Part shown: positions 9,495 through 20,010 of the stretch, one piece after another
Layout of the letters: each line of letters opens with the position of its first letter
Position numbering within the stretch: position 1 is the stretch's first letter
IMG/VR virus record: IMGVR_UViG_3300028591_000092
Location: 1 to 43,661 of that record
DNA length: 43,661 nucleotides
Source of the DNA: a virus
Taxonomy: Duplodnaviria; Heunggongvirae; Uroviricota; Caudoviricetes
Strand: one strand, 5' to 3'
The notes under the pieces: generated by a model
Databases searched by the model: none
Seen by the model: the letters and a program-made list of their open reading frames with translations, nothing else
What the model was told of the DNA's origin: nothing
Translations under genes and position numbers: made by a program

Positions 9495-9752
9495 ATGAGT
9501 GGAAAATTTATAATTAATAATCATACATATTTAAAACTTTACAACTTTGATAAAACTTTTTTTCTATGTTATTTTAATTCAATTTTGCCTTTTAGAGTAA
9601 TCGGTGATATTAATTATCCAGATGCTTTAGATCCTTCTGGAGGGCCTTATATGGAAAAAAATGTTTTTACAATTAATGGTTTTAAATTAGTTAATATTTG
9701 TTGGATTCCAGAAGAAAAAAAGTATTTTTTGGAATTTAAAAAATATGAATAA
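9495..9752 (+). CDS. Hypothetical protein
   Basis: DPSGGP motif; ATG 9495 chosen over the upstream TTG. Confidence 0.6.
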   Translation: MSGKFIINNHTYLKLYNFDKTFFLCYFNSILPFRVIGDINYPDALDPSGGPYMEKNVFTINGFKLVNICWIPEEKKYFLEFKKYE

Positions 9753-9912
9753 AAGTTTGGTATTATGCCAAAAACTAAAAAACGATTTAATTGGGAAATT
9801 TATGATGAAAAGGGAACATTTTTAGATATTTTAACAATGACTCGTGATGAATCTAAAAATTATCAAAAAACGTTTCCTAAGTATAAATTACAAGAGATAG
9901 GATATACAGATA

Positions 9913-10203
9913 ATGACTGAAGAAACTTTTCATGGAGCTTTAGTACAGAAAAAAGAAGGAATGTATACAATATATGTTTTCCAAAAGGATAATGGTGAGT
10001 ATTTAATGTGTACAAAACTGCCAAATTGGGGGCCATATATAATTAATATAGGAGATTCTGGATTTTTTACTGTAGATTATGTAACTGCAGGAGAAGAGTA
10101 TTTTGACAGGTTGTCTGGAGAAACTGTTAAATATATGTTTTCTAACATATATTTCAAAGAGTTTATTAAAGATAAAGAACTAGTTAAAGAGATAAGATTA
10201 TGA
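9913..10203 (+). CDS. Hypothetical protein
   Basis: ORF track, operon context. Confidence 0.7.
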   Translation: MTEETFHGALVQKKEGMYTIYVFQKDNGEYLMCTKLPNWGPYIINIGDSGFFTVDYVTAGEEYFDRLSGETVKYMFSNIYFKEFIKDKELVKEIRL

Positions 10204-10218
10204 AAAAGAATATAGAAA

Positions 10219-11061
10219 ATGAGTAATTTGAAGATTGAATCTTATACATGGAAAGATAGACGATTAACAGATGATCGTACTGAAAAAGCAGCAGAATATA
10301 AAATGATTGATATGGCTGATTATGAACTTCAGCAAGCATATAATCATTGTAAACATATGTTATATAATAATGATCCAACTAATCCTGGTAGAACACTAGT
10401 GTTAGACATGATTTCTGAACAATTAGAATATTGTGGTGCTGAATTAGCGTTACGATGGTTTAAATCTTTAGTAGATAAAGATAATAATCCTTTATATTCT
10501 AATGATAGTTTATTGACAGACATTAGAAATTGGTTATCTACAGCTCCTGAGGAAACAGGTGTTGTATATAGACTACAGGATTTTGTAAAGGTGCATCCAG
10601 ATTATAAAGGAGTGCCTATTGAATCTTTAATTAAAGCGTGTAGAGATTCTCTTGGATTCATTGATTTATCTAAAATTTCATTTTCTTTTATTTATAGACT
10701 TGGTCTTTATTTTACTCCAGATGAGTTAAAAGAAATGAATGCTTACACATATGGGCATGGTCTGCAAGAGAAATTTGATATTTTAAAGTATCAACTTGGT
10801 TTGAAAGATGATGTTGTTTTACATGCTAATCCTAATGGATTAACTGAACAACAATTTAGAGATATGATTCATCTAAAAAAACAAAAAGGTTTTACTAAGT
10901 GTAAATATTCAGAGCTTACTACTGGGCAATTGGAAACTTTACGAAAAAAAGTACTTTATAGTCTTGAGGATGAAGTATTATTTCAAATTCGTATTTGGAC
11001 TACTTTAATGAAACAAATTAAAGAAGTCGCTGATTATAAAAATTATACATTAATTGAATGA
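10219..11061 (+). CDS. Hypothetical protein
   Basis: 280-aa ORF in the replication block. Confidence 0.8.
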   Translation: MSNLKIESYTWKDRRLTDDRTEKAAEYKMIDMADYELQQAYNHCKHMLYNNDPTNPGRTLVLDMISEQLEYCGAELALRWFKSLVDKDNNPLYSNDSLLTDIRNWLSTAPEETGVVYRLQDFVKVHPDYKGVPIESLIKACRDSLGFIDLSKISFSFIYRLGLYFTPDELKEMNAYTYGHGLQEKFDILKYQLGLKDDVVLHANPNGLTEQQFRDMIHLKKQKGFTKCKYSELTTGQLETLRKKVLYSLEDEVLFQIRIWTTLMKQIKEVADYKNYTLIE

Positions 11062-11062
11062 T

Positions 11063-11236
11063 ATGGCAGAATGTAAAATAATGAAATGTACTTGTACGTC
11101 TGATTTCCAAGATTCTGTTTATGGAAAGGGAATGAGAGTATTTAATCCTATTGGTAAAGGAAAAGATCAAGGTAAGGATTATATTTGCACTGTTTGTGGT
11201 AAAACTACAAGTGGCGTACTTAAAAAGAAAAAATGA
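11063..11236 (+). CDS. Small zinc-binding protein
   Basis: CTC...QDSVYGKGMRVFN...CTVCG. Confidence 0.7.
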   Translation: MAECKIMKCTCTSDFQDSVYGKGMRVFNPIGKGKDQGKDYICTVCGKTTSGVLKKKK

Positions 11237-11514
11237 TAAATAACGTTGATTTATTTAATCAAATTGTGAATGACATGTCCGAACTCTATTCTAAAAAGAA
11301 TAATGATTATGGGAATAGTTTTGAGGAGACAGCTAATGAGTTCGGACTTGTTGCTCCAGTGATAAGAATTTCTGATAAATTAAATAGACTTAAGTCATTA
11401 TTAAAAAGACCACAATTAGTTAAAGAGAGTATTGAAGATACTTTATTAGATATGGCAAATTATGCTATTATGACTGTTATATGGTTAAGAAATAATGATT
11501 TATCTAGTAAGTAA
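11233..11514 (+). CDS. DUF1599 / nucleotide-modification-associated domain protein
   Basis: KKNNDYGNSF, RISDKLNRL, ESIEDTLLDMANYAIM. Confidence 0.82.
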   Translation: MINNVDLFNQIVNDMSELYSKKNNDYGNSFEETANEFGLVAPVIRISDKLNRLKSLLKRPQLVKESIEDTLLDMANYAIMTVIWLRNNDLSSK

Positions 11515-13561
11515 TCAGAAAGAATTATTTAATAATCCACATTATAAAATTATATCTATTGAAGAATCTTTAAATAAAATTTCTCGATGGTCTTGTATAC
11601 AGTTTGATACTGAAACTACTGGAAGAGATCCACATTTATGTAAATTGTTATGTGCTCAATTTGGTAATGACGAGTTTGATGAAAGAATTATTATAGATTG
11701 TTCTTGCGTAGATATTTGTCTTTATAAAGAATTTCTTGAAAATAAACTAATAATTGGGCAGAATTTAAAATTTGATATACAATTTTTATATAATTTTGGT
11801 ATTATTCCATTAAATGTTTATGATACAATGATTGTTGAACAACTTTTATATCTTGGATATCCACCAGCTGGCAAACCAGGAGGAATAAGCTATAGTTTAC
11901 AATCTATTGCATATAGATATTTAAACATTGATATTGACAAAACTGTTAGAGGCGAGATAATATGGAGAGGATTAGATCCTTCAGTCATATTATATGCTGC
12001 TGGGGATGTCACATATCTAGAACAAATACGTAGATTACAGCTGCTTGAATGTGAGAAAAAATCTTGTGTAGTAGGAGCAGATCTTGAAAACAAGTTTGTA
12101 CCTGTTATTTCATATTTAGAATGGTGTGGTGTAAAGCTTGATCAAAAGAAATGGAAAGTAAAAATGGATAAAGACGAATTAAATTTAAAGAAGTTTGAAG
12201 AACAACTTAATGAATTTGTCGCTTCTCGTCCAGATTTAAAAGAATTTGTTTATTTTGATACGCAAGGAGATTTGTTTTCTGGATTTAATCTCACTCCAAA
12301 AGTAAATATTAATTGGTCTTCTTCTCAACAAGTAATTAAAGTAGTTAAAATATTAGGTTTCAATACTGAAGTTAAAGATAAAAAGACAGGAGAAAGTAAA
12401 GATTCTGTTCTTGAAAAAACTCTTGCTGTACAAAAAGGAATTTGTGATGAGTTTCTTAATGCATATTTTAAATATCAAGAGGCTTCAAAACTTGTTTCTT
12501 CATTTGGTCAAGGTCATTTAAATGTTGTTAATCCAATTACTGGAAGATTATATACTAGCTGGAGGCAGCTAGGAGCGGCATCGGGACGCATGTCCTGTGG
12601 TTCTACACAACCTAACACAGATCTTGCCGCATATAAACATATACCAAGTTCAGAGTGTTCTTATCCAAATTTACAACAACTTCCGCATGATGCTGAAACA
12701 AGATCTTGTTTTGTTGCTGAAGAAGGAAATAATTGGGTTTCTTGTGATTATTCTGCAATGGAAGCACGACTTGCTGGAGATATTTATAATGATCAGGCTG
12801 TTAAGGATATTTTCTTAAAAGGAATTGATTCTCATAGCATGTATGCAAAAATATTTTTTAAGGATGAATTAAAAGATATAGATGTGAATGATGTTAAAGA
12901 ATTAAGGCCAGACTTAAGGTCTCGTGCAAAAAGTCCAGAATTTGCTCTTAACTTCGGTGGTGGACTCCCTTCTATTATGTCTGCTCTTCAGTGTTCTAGA
13001 GAAGAAGCAGAGCAAATTATCAAAAATTATGAAGAGGGCTTTAAAGGTACTGCTGAATTTGCGAGAATGGGAAGTAAATTTGTAAGAGAAAATGGATATG
13101 TTTTAATATCTCCGATTACTGGGCATAAAATGTATTGGTGGGATTGGAAACACTGGTTAGAAGAAGAAGAAAAATTTAATTCTGATTCTTGGAGTTGGAA
13201 AGATTATAAATTATATCATAAAGGTTCTGGAGACATTGTAGAACAAGAAGTAAAGATGCATTTTAAAGCAGCATCAAAATGGGATAGAATGGCCCGTAAT
13301 GCCCCAACACAGGGTACTGGAGCTTGTATATTAAAACATAGTCAAATTTTATTATTTAAATGGATTATTAAAAATGGGTATTTTAATAAAATAAAATTAT
13401 GTACTTTAGTACATGATGAATGTAATTGGGAATACCCTGAAGAATTAATTGATTTTCCTAATATAGTTTCTAAGTGTATGGAAAGAGCCGCAGCAATATA
13501 TTGTAGATCTCTTCCTATACCAGCAGAAGCAACAGTAGGAAAATATTGGATACATGAATAA
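11495..13561 (+). CDS. polA: DNA polymerase family A with 3'-5' exonuclease domain
   Basis: Exonuclease motifs DTETTG, NLKFD, YAAGD; polymerase motifs SGRMS, DYSAMEAR, RSRAK, NAPTQG, VHDE. Confidence 0.96.
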   Translation: MIYLVSNQKELFNNPHYKIISIEESLNKISRWSCIQFDTETTGRDPHLCKLLCAQFGNDEFDERIIIDCSCVDICLYKEFLENKLIIGQNLKFDIQFLYNFGIIPLNVYDTMIVEQLLYLGYPPAGKPGGISYSLQSIAYRYLNIDIDKTVRGEIIWRGLDPSVILYAAGDVTYLEQIRRLQLLECEKKSCVVGADLENKFVPVISYLEWCGVKLDQKKWKVKMDKDELNLKKFEEQLNEFVASRPDLKEFVYFDTQGDLFSGFNLTPKVNINWSSSQQVIKVVKILGFNTEVKDKKTGESKDSVLEKTLAVQKGICDEFLNAYFKYQEASKLVSSFGQGHLNVVNPITGRLYTSWRQLGAASGRMSCGSTQPNTDLAAYKHIPSSECSYPNLQQLPHDAETRSCFVAEEGNNWVSCDYSAMEARLAGDIYNDQAVKDIFLKGIDSHSMYAKIFFKDELKDIDVNDVKELRPDLRSRAKSPEFALNFGGGLPSIMSALQCSREEAEQIIKNYEEGFKGTAEFARMGSKFVRENGYVLISPITGHKMYWWDWKHWLEEEEKFNSDSWSWKDYKLYHKGSGDIVEQEVKMHFKAASKWDRMARNAPTQGTGACILKHSQILLFKWIIKNGYFNKIKLCTLVHDECNWEYPEELIDFPNIVSKCMERAAAIYCRSLPIPAEATVGKYWIHE

Positions 13562-13564
13562 GTT

Positions 13565-13963
13565 ATGGTAAAGATAATAAAAAGAATAGACGATTATTCT
13601 GAAGAATTTAAAGAATATTGTAAATTACATAGTTTTTCTTATGATTTATTTCATTGCATGTATAAATCTTGGGCTATATCAAAAAGAGAAAATGAATTAT
13701 TTTTCTTCATTTATAATACTGGAGAGGACAATATAGTAAAAGTTACTGGAACTGTTTATATAGACAATGAACGTCATACTTTAAAACCTAAAATATTATC
13801 TTTATTTGAAGCTTTTAATCAGATATTAACTCCAGATATTAAAGATTATATTGTTATACAATCAGCTATGGGAAATTATTATGTCTTAGCATATCATGAC
13901 AGAGGACATAATGTTTTCAAAATTTACAATGACAAGAACACAAAGACAACAACTAGCAATTGA
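13565..13963 (+). CDS. Hypothetical protein
   Basis: ORF track. Confidence 0.6.
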   Translation: MVKIIKRIDDYSEEFKEYCKLHSFSYDLFHCMYKSWAISKRENELFFFIYNTGEDNIVKVTGTVYIDNERHTLKPKILSLFEAFNQILTPDIKDYIVIQSAMGNYYVLAYHDRGHNVFKIYNDKNTKTTTSN

Positions 13964-15164
13964 GAGATGGAAACAAGCGAAATGCAGAGGAAGTATAGTT
14001 GCCGGCACAGGATTTGGCAAAACTAGAACTGCTCTTGATGCTATAGAAAGAGTTTTTGCAAAAAATCCAAATATTCCAGTTACAGTTGTTGTTCCTACAA
14101 AAGTTCTTAAAAATCAATGGGAAGAAGCAATTTTTAAACGAAATTTTGATTATCCTGTAAATGTATTAATAATTAATACAGCAGCAAAAAAACCATTTAA
14201 TTGTGTTTTTTTAATTATTGACGAATGTCAACATATATCTGCAGAAGGAATGAGTAAAGTGTTTAAAAATTGTTCGCCTACATTTATTTTAGGATTAACA
14301 GCTACGTACGAAAGATTAGATGGAAGAGAAAAACAAATATTAGATCATTACGCTCCTGTATGTGACGAGATTACTATTAATGAAGCTTTATCTAATGGAT
14401 GGGTTGCCCCATATGTAGAATATAAAGTTTTATTAGATGTAGATCTAAAAGAGTATGATAATGCTAATCAGCTTTTTCTTAAATGTTTTAGCTTCTTTAA
14501 TTTTGATTGGGATTTAGCAATGACTGTTGCTACTAATGTTTTTAAAGCGCAACAATATGCAAAACATATTAATTGTACATTAAAAGAAGTTCAATCTTGT
14601 GCTTATGGCTTTATTAAATCCTTAAAAACAAGAAAATCTTTTATTGCTAATCATCCTAAAAAGTTAGAAATAGCAAAAAAGATTATAGAAGCACGCCAAC
14701 ATTCTAAAATAATTACTTTTAATGGTAGTATAAAACAATGTGAGGCTTATGATATGGGGTATGTATTACATTCTGGAAATACTAAGAAAAAGAATCAAAT
14801 GACTGTTGAAGAATTTTCGTTATGTAAAGAAGGGGCATTGCATACTTCAAAAATGGCTGATGAAGGACTTGATATTCAAGGACTAAATGTAGCAATTATA
14901 ACTGGATTTAATTCTTCTAAAATTTCTAAACGACAACGAATCGGGCGCTGTATTAGATTTGAACCAGGAAAAACTGCTGAAATATTTACATTAGTTTTAA
15001 AAGGAACTGTTGAAGAAAAATGGTATTCTAAATCTGGAGAAAGTCTCGAATATATCGAGATTAATGAACAAGAGTTAGATAGCGTATTACAAGGAATACC
15101 GCTAAAAAATAAAAGAAAGATTTTACAAGAAACAACAACATTTAGTAATATGTTACGATTCTAA
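13896..15164 (+). CDS. Superfamily 2 helicase (ResIII/UvsW-like)
   Basis: GTGFGKT, DECQH, GLTAT, EGLD, QRIGRCIR. The start may be slightly downstream. Confidence 0.92.
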   Translation: MTEDIMFSKFTMTRTQRQQLAIERWKQAKCRGSIVAGTGFGKTRTALDAIERVFAKNPNIPVTVVVPTKVLKNQWEEAIFKRNFDYPVNVLIINTAAKKPFNCVFLIIDECQHISAEGMSKVFKNCSPTFILGLTATYERLDGREKQILDHYAPVCDEITINEALSNGWVAPYVEYKVLLDVDLKEYDNANQLFLKCFSFFNFDWDLAMTVATNVFKAQQYAKHINCTLKEVQSCAYGFIKSLKTRKSFIANHPKKLEIAKKIIEARQHSKIITFNGSIKQCEAYDMGYVLHSGNTKKKNQMTVEEFSLCKEGALHTSKMADEGLDIQGLNVAIITGFNSSKISKRQRIGRCIRFEPGKTAEIFTLVLKGTVEEKWYSKSGESLEYIEINEQELDSVLQGIPLKNKRKILQETTTFSNMLRF

Positions 15165-15232
15165 ATTACAGGTAACTTACTAACAGCTATACAAGCATTA
15201 ATTAGTATGAGTAATGGAATTTACTTATACCT

Positions 15233-15838
15233 ATGAGAAATTTAGAATTAAGTATTGAAAGAGAAATTGATTTTCTTATTCATTATAATTTAACTCCTGA
15301 TGAGTTATTTTTAATGAAATTAATTTGGTATGCTCAAGATGGGCATGATGAGTATTTTTCTGAATATTTTTCAGAAAACACATTAACTTTGGGACTTCGT
15401 AGTACGATGCTTTCTCTTCAGAAAAAAGGTATTATTAATAGCACATACGAAGTTCCAGAGGACGGAGAAATTTTAAATCCACGAGATGTGGATTTTAATC
15501 AAAATGTTATAAAAACTTTTTTAAAACATAGTCTAGAATTAGGATTTGAATTATTTGAAATTTATCCTGTTGAAATTGTTGTAGAAGGGAGACAATTTGA
15601 TATGCGAAACTTTGCTAAAGTATATAAATCTTTTGATGAGATGTGCTTTGCTTATGGTAAAGAAATTAAATTTAATCCTAAAAAACATCAAGAAATATTA
15701 GAATTAGTTGAATGGGGTAAAGAAAATAATCTTATTACAAATAATATAAGTTCTTTCATTATTTGTCATCAGTGGGAATATTTAGAACATCTAAGAGATA
15801 AAGGTAATGGATTTTTTAATACTAATGAATTATTATGA
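15233..15838 (+). CDS. Hypothetical protein upstream of dnaB (possible initiator/loader)
   Basis: 201-aa ORF with an ATGA overlap onto the helicase; function inferred from position only. Confidence 0.7.
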   Translation: MRNLELSIEREIDFLIHYNLTPDELFLMKLIWYAQDGHDEYFSEYFSENTLTLGLRSTMLSLQKKGIINSTYEVPEDGEILNPRDVDFNQNVIKTFLKHSLELGFELFEIYPVEIVVEGRQFDMRNFAKVYKSFDEMCFAYGKEIKFNPKKHQEILELVEWGKENNLITNNISSFIICHQWEYLEHLRDKGNGFFNTNELL

Positions 15839-17177
15839 TTGTTGATAGTTTATTTCAAAGTATTGAAAAAGGCCGAGAAGGGTTAAATAAAGGGTTATCT
15901 ACAGGATTGCCTAAATTTGATTCTGTTACATATGGTGTTCAAAGAAAATGGTTAAATGTAATAGCTGGAGACAGTGGTAGTGTTAATAATACATATAAAT
16001 ACATATCAAATATTTATCTAGATAGAAAATATGATAGATATTTATATTACTGCCGTCTATATGAGTAATTGTATAGATTATTACAGGGCAAAAACGGCGA
16101 AGACTGAGATGTTAATGTCGTGCTAACTAATTAAATTACGAAAGGTTAATTAGTAGTGTAGAGCGTAGAGAGTGAATAAATATAATCTCTCCAAGAGTGT
16201 CCTGCTCCTATTAATAGGATGAATACGTACGCCGAACTAGTAAGAATTAAATTACTAGAGGTAAGGATAAAAAGCCTTACGATAACAATTTGAGTGGCAA
16301 ATCCAGCTATATGCTTTATACTCAAGTATTTAGTCCTTTTCAACAGTATATGAAAGATAAAACTATAGATATTCATTTCCTATTATTTTCATTTGAGATG
16401 AGTGCTGAAGTTTTATTAGCTAAACTTTTATCTACTTATGTATATGAAGAATTTAATCAGGTGATTTCATATGATGAAATTCTTTCTTTATCTACTAAAT
16501 TAACAGAAGAACATTACAAATATTTACTTGCTTCTAAAGAATGGTTATCTGAATTTGAAAGTAAATGTGAAATTATTGATAAACCTGTTACTTCAGGAGG
16601 ATTATATGCTATTTGTAAAGAGTGGTCTAGAAAATTTGGTAATTATAAAGAACTAGGGCAAACTGGAGAATATACAAAAGAAGAATATATTCCAAAAAAT
16701 GATAGACAATATTTAATTGTGTGTGTTGATCATATTAAATTATTATCTACATCTCCAGGAAATACATCTAAACAAGAAATTGATAAAGCTTGTGATTATT
16801 TAATTCATTTTAGAAATAAATGTGGATTTACTATTAATATTGTTCAACAATTAAATAGAAACTTTAAATCCATGGAAAGAAGACAAAATGGATTTCAATT
16901 ATTACAACTAGATGATTTATCAGATTCTTCTGGTCCTGCGCAAGCTGCTGAAACTGTAATTGGAATTTTTCATCCTTACAGAGAAAAGATGGCAAAATGT
17001 GAAGGATATGATGTGAGACAATTAGGAGACAGAATAAGAATTTGCCAAATTCTAAAACATAGATTTGGAATGGCCGATAAATCTGTTGGTGTTACATTCT
17101 TTGGTGAAAATTCTGTTTGGAGAGAACTTCCACTTCCATCAGAAATAAATGACTATGAAAAGTTTAAAAGTTTATAA
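15835..17177 (+). CDS. dnaB: DnaB-like replicative helicase, join(15835..15978,16293..17177), 342 aa
   Basis: Splicing restores Walker A AGDSG/SGKSS; also GLSTG, FSFEMS, VDHI, QQLNR and DLSDS motifs. Confidence 0.9.
15979..16292 (+). ncRNA. Group I self-splicing intron (314 nt, no ORF) in dnaB
   Basis: Exon ends in U and intron ends in G. P1 GGT|AGT pairs with ACTGCC (16049-16054) with U-G at the splice site; P3 CAGGGCA/TGTCCTG; P7 GCGTA/TACGC. Confidence 0.88.
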
Positions 17178-17225
17178 GATATTGCTATTTTAGATAATAT
17201 AAATTAATTTATATTATTATTTTAT

Positions 17226-17978
17226 ATGGGATTACTTCCTACAACAAAATCTGTTAAGAAAACAGATGATCCAAGAAATTTAATTATATTTTCACTTCCA
17301 AAAACTGGTAAAACAAGTTCAATAGCTCAACTTCCAAATTGTCTTATAGTTGATCTTGAAAATGGTAGTGATTATGTTTCTGGTTATATTGTAAAAGCAA
17401 ATACTTGGATGGATTTAAGAGACATTGCAAAAGAGTTATGTTCTACTGAACATAAATTTAAATTTGTTGCATTAGACACTTTAACAGCTCTTGAAGAAAT
17501 TGCACAAGATCTTGCTTGTAAACTATATCAGAATACTCCAATGGGAAAATCTTGGGATTATAAAAATCCTACTGATATTTTAAAATTACCTAGTGGTGGT
17601 GGTTATTTATATTTAAGAGAAGCAATGCAAACTATTATTGGCTGGTTTGAAAAAACAGGTCTTAATTTGATTTTAGTTTGTCATGTGAAAGATAAGCTTA
17701 TTACTGATTCTGCTTCTGAAGAAATGACTGTTAAAGCTATTGATTTAAGTGGTAAAATTGGTAATATTCTTTCAGCAAAATCTGATGGCATAGGATATGC
17801 TTTTCGTAATACAGAAGAAAATAAAGTATATTTGAATTTTGGTGCAAATACTTCTATTATTTGTAGTGCTAGACCACCACATTTGAATGGAAAAACTATT
17901 CTTTTATCTGAAATGGATAAGGATGGGAATATTATTACACATTGGGATAATATTTATCCAAGTTTAAAAAATGCTTAA
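17226..17978 (+). CDS. AAA_24 / Sak4-like ATPase (recombination)
   Basis: PKTGKTS, VDLENGS, ALDTLT, LVCHVK. Confidence 0.82.
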   Translation: MGLLPTTKSVKKTDDPRNLIIFSLPKTGKTSSIAQLPNCLIVDLENGSDYVSGYIVKANTWMDLRDIAKELCSTEHKFKFVALDTLTALEEIAQDLACKLYQNTPMGKSWDYKNPTDILKLPSGGGYLYLREAMQTIIGWFEKTGLNLILVCHVKDKLITDSASEEMTVKAIDLSGKIGNILSAKSDGIGYAFRNTEENKVYLNFGANTSIICSARPPHLNGKTILLSEMDKDGNIITHWDNIYPSLKNA

Positions 17979-18348
17979 AATAGAAAATAATAAACTAATT
18001 TTATCTCCTGAATTAGTTAATTTATTACAAGCTACTCCAGGAGATAAAATTATAATTGAATATTTAACAGAGGACAATAAAATAACTCCTGTAATTCTTA
18101 AAAGTGATAGAGGGAATGTCTTAAGTAACTCTAATACCATATCTTTTAGAGGAAAGCAAAAAGAATCTCTATTACAATTTGGAACTGAATTTCAAGAGGT
18201 ATTAAAAGAAAGTAATATTTATCTCCTTGGGAATAAAGGAACTATTATTTATACTCCTGTTAAATCTATTATTAAGGACTCTTTAGATAAATCTATAATT
18301 TTAGATACAAATTATAATATACAAAAATTTGAAACGTATGAATTATAG
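17971..18348 (+). CDS. Hypothetical protein
   Basis: ORF track; ends in TAG inside the start region of the next gene. Confidence 0.65.
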   Translation: MLKIENNKLILSPELVNLLQATPGDKIIIEYLTEDNKITPVILKSDRGNVLSNSNTISFRGKQKESLLQFGTEFQEVLKESNIYLLGNKGTIIYTPVKSIIKDSLDKSIILDTNYNIQKFETYEL

Positions 18349-18994
18349 TTTTGATGAAACTGCTGGTAATAGCCAAAACAGTGCTCGTAAACTTTTTGAT
18401 GGAAATGCAATTTATGATGTAACATTTGATGGGTGTGAAGCTCGTGATATTCAAGGAGTTCAAGATCCCACAAAAGTATTTCATGTTTTAGATATTAAAT
18501 TTTCTAATCCTACTGGATATTATACACATACAATTTTTGAACCTAATCCTGAGGACGCTACAGATCGCCAAGGACCTTTTGGACCACAGCCTTCTAATGT
18601 AAAAGCAATGATGTTGTTATTTAAGCATCTTATTGATGCTGTTAATCCTACATTAGGTCAAGCTATTGATAAAAAGGAAAAGAATCTTAACACCACAAGT
18701 TGGGATGCTCTTCGTCAATTAATGGTACAGGCAACTGAGCCTGGAAAGGGAACTTCAACAAAGATTAAACTGTTTAAGAATAATAAAGGTGTTGCTACAT
18801 TCCCATTCTTTGCTACTTATACAAAAGATGGTAGATTAGGAATGCAAACTAACTTTATTGGTAATAATATATTCTTTACAAATAAGGAATTAGATCGTAT
18901 AGCAAAGTATACTGAAGCTAAGCCAACTGAAGTTGTTGATTCGTTTGGAACAACTGCAACTACAGTTCCTTCAGATTATTCTTTTGATATCTAA
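18338..18994 (+). CDS. Putative single-stranded DNA-binding protein
   Basis: Lies between the Sak4-like gene and primase; acidic/aromatic C-terminus (SDYSFDI). Confidence 0.55.
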   Translation: MNYSFDETAGNSQNSARKLFDGNAIYDVTFDGCEARDIQGVQDPTKVFHVLDIKFSNPTGYYTHTIFEPNPEDATDRQGPFGPQPSNVKAMMLLFKHLIDAVNPTLGQAIDKKEKNLNTTSWDALRQLMVQATEPGKGTSTKIKLFKNNKGVATFPFFATYTKDGRLGMQTNFIGNNIFFTNKELDRIAKYTEAKPTEVVDSFGTTATTVPSDYSFDI

Positions 18995-20010
18995 TGACTT
19001 TTGAAATTCCTCGTACCGAGCCTAGAATAACTAAAGAGTATCTATTATCTAAAAATAGTGAAGAAACATATATGAGTACTTATCTTGGAGTTCCTGTAAA
19101 AAAGGGACTCCTTGTAAGTCCATTAAGAAATGATCATAGACCCACTGCTAGTTTCTATAGAAGTAAGAAAACAGGAGAATTGATTTTTCATGATTTTGGT
19201 ACAGGATTTCACGGAAATTTTATATCTGTTGTTGCTGAATTAAATAAATGTACATATTGGAAAGCTTTGCAAATAATAGCAGAAGATTTTCATTATATTG
19301 ACAGAATTTCAGAAAGACCACAGATTAAAATTAAGCATACTTCTGCTAAAATAGAAGAAAAAACTGATACTTTAATACAAATAGAAGATCGTCCTTTTTC
19401 TGAAAAAGAATTACAATGGTGGAAAGATTTTGGAATAACAGAAAAAACATTACATAAATATCAAGTACATGCTTGTAATACTGTATTTTTAAATGGTAAT
19501 TATTTTTGTTCCTCTTCTTCTAGAAGTTTTGCTTTTGGATATTATGGCGGAACAAGAAATGGTATACAGTTATGGAGAATTTATTTTCCGCAAAAGCACT
19601 CTTATAGATTCATTTCAAATTGGGATAAACGATTAATACAAGGAGCAAAACAATTGCCTGAGTATGGAGATTTATTATGTATCACAAAATCATTAAAAGA
19701 TTGTTTATTAATGCATGAATTAGGAATTCCTGCAATTGCTCCAAATAGTGAACTGCTATTTTTATCAGATGCTCAATTAGAAAGAATTAAATTGCGTTTT
19801 AAAAAGATTGTTTGTTTTTATGATAATGATCTTCCTGGTATTAAAGGATTACAAAGAATAAAAAAAGCACATCCTGAATTAAGTTATTTTATAATTCCAC
19901 GAAAATATAAAGCAAAAGATGCTTCAGATTTTTGTAAATTGTATGGATTTGAGAAAACAAAAGAATGTGCGGAACAATTAAAACATTATTTCTTGTATGA
20001 AGAAAAGTAA
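18994..20010 (+). CDS. DNA primase (Toprim, crAss-type)
   Basis: SPLRND...FHDFG N-terminus; ITKSLKD, YDNDLPG, KDASDF. Confidence 0.88.
   Translation: MTFEIPRTEPRITKEYLLSKNSEETYMSTYLGVPVKKGLLVSPLRNDHRPTASFYRSKKTGELIFHDFGTGFHGNFISVVAELNKCTYWKALQIIAEDFHYIDRISERPQIKIKHTSAKIEEKTDTLIQIEDRPFSEKELQWWKDFGITEKTLHKYQVHACNTVFLNGNYFCSSSSRSFAFGYYGGTRNGIQLWRIYFPQKHSYRFISNWDKRLIQGAKQLPEYGDLLCITKSLKDCLLMHELGIPAIAPNSELLFLSDAQLERIKLRFKKIVCFYDNDLPGIKGLQRIKKAHPELSYFIIPRKYKAKDASDFCKLYGFEKTKECAEQLKHYFLYEEK

Noticed and set aside
15979-16068. C-terminal extension of ORF 15835..16068 and a GIY-YIG remnant (MIDIYIT)
   Set aside because: This is read-through into the intron; the resemblance is too short to support.
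16146-16376. - strand 76-aa ORF
   Set aside because: Antisense to the intron core and dnaB exon 2.
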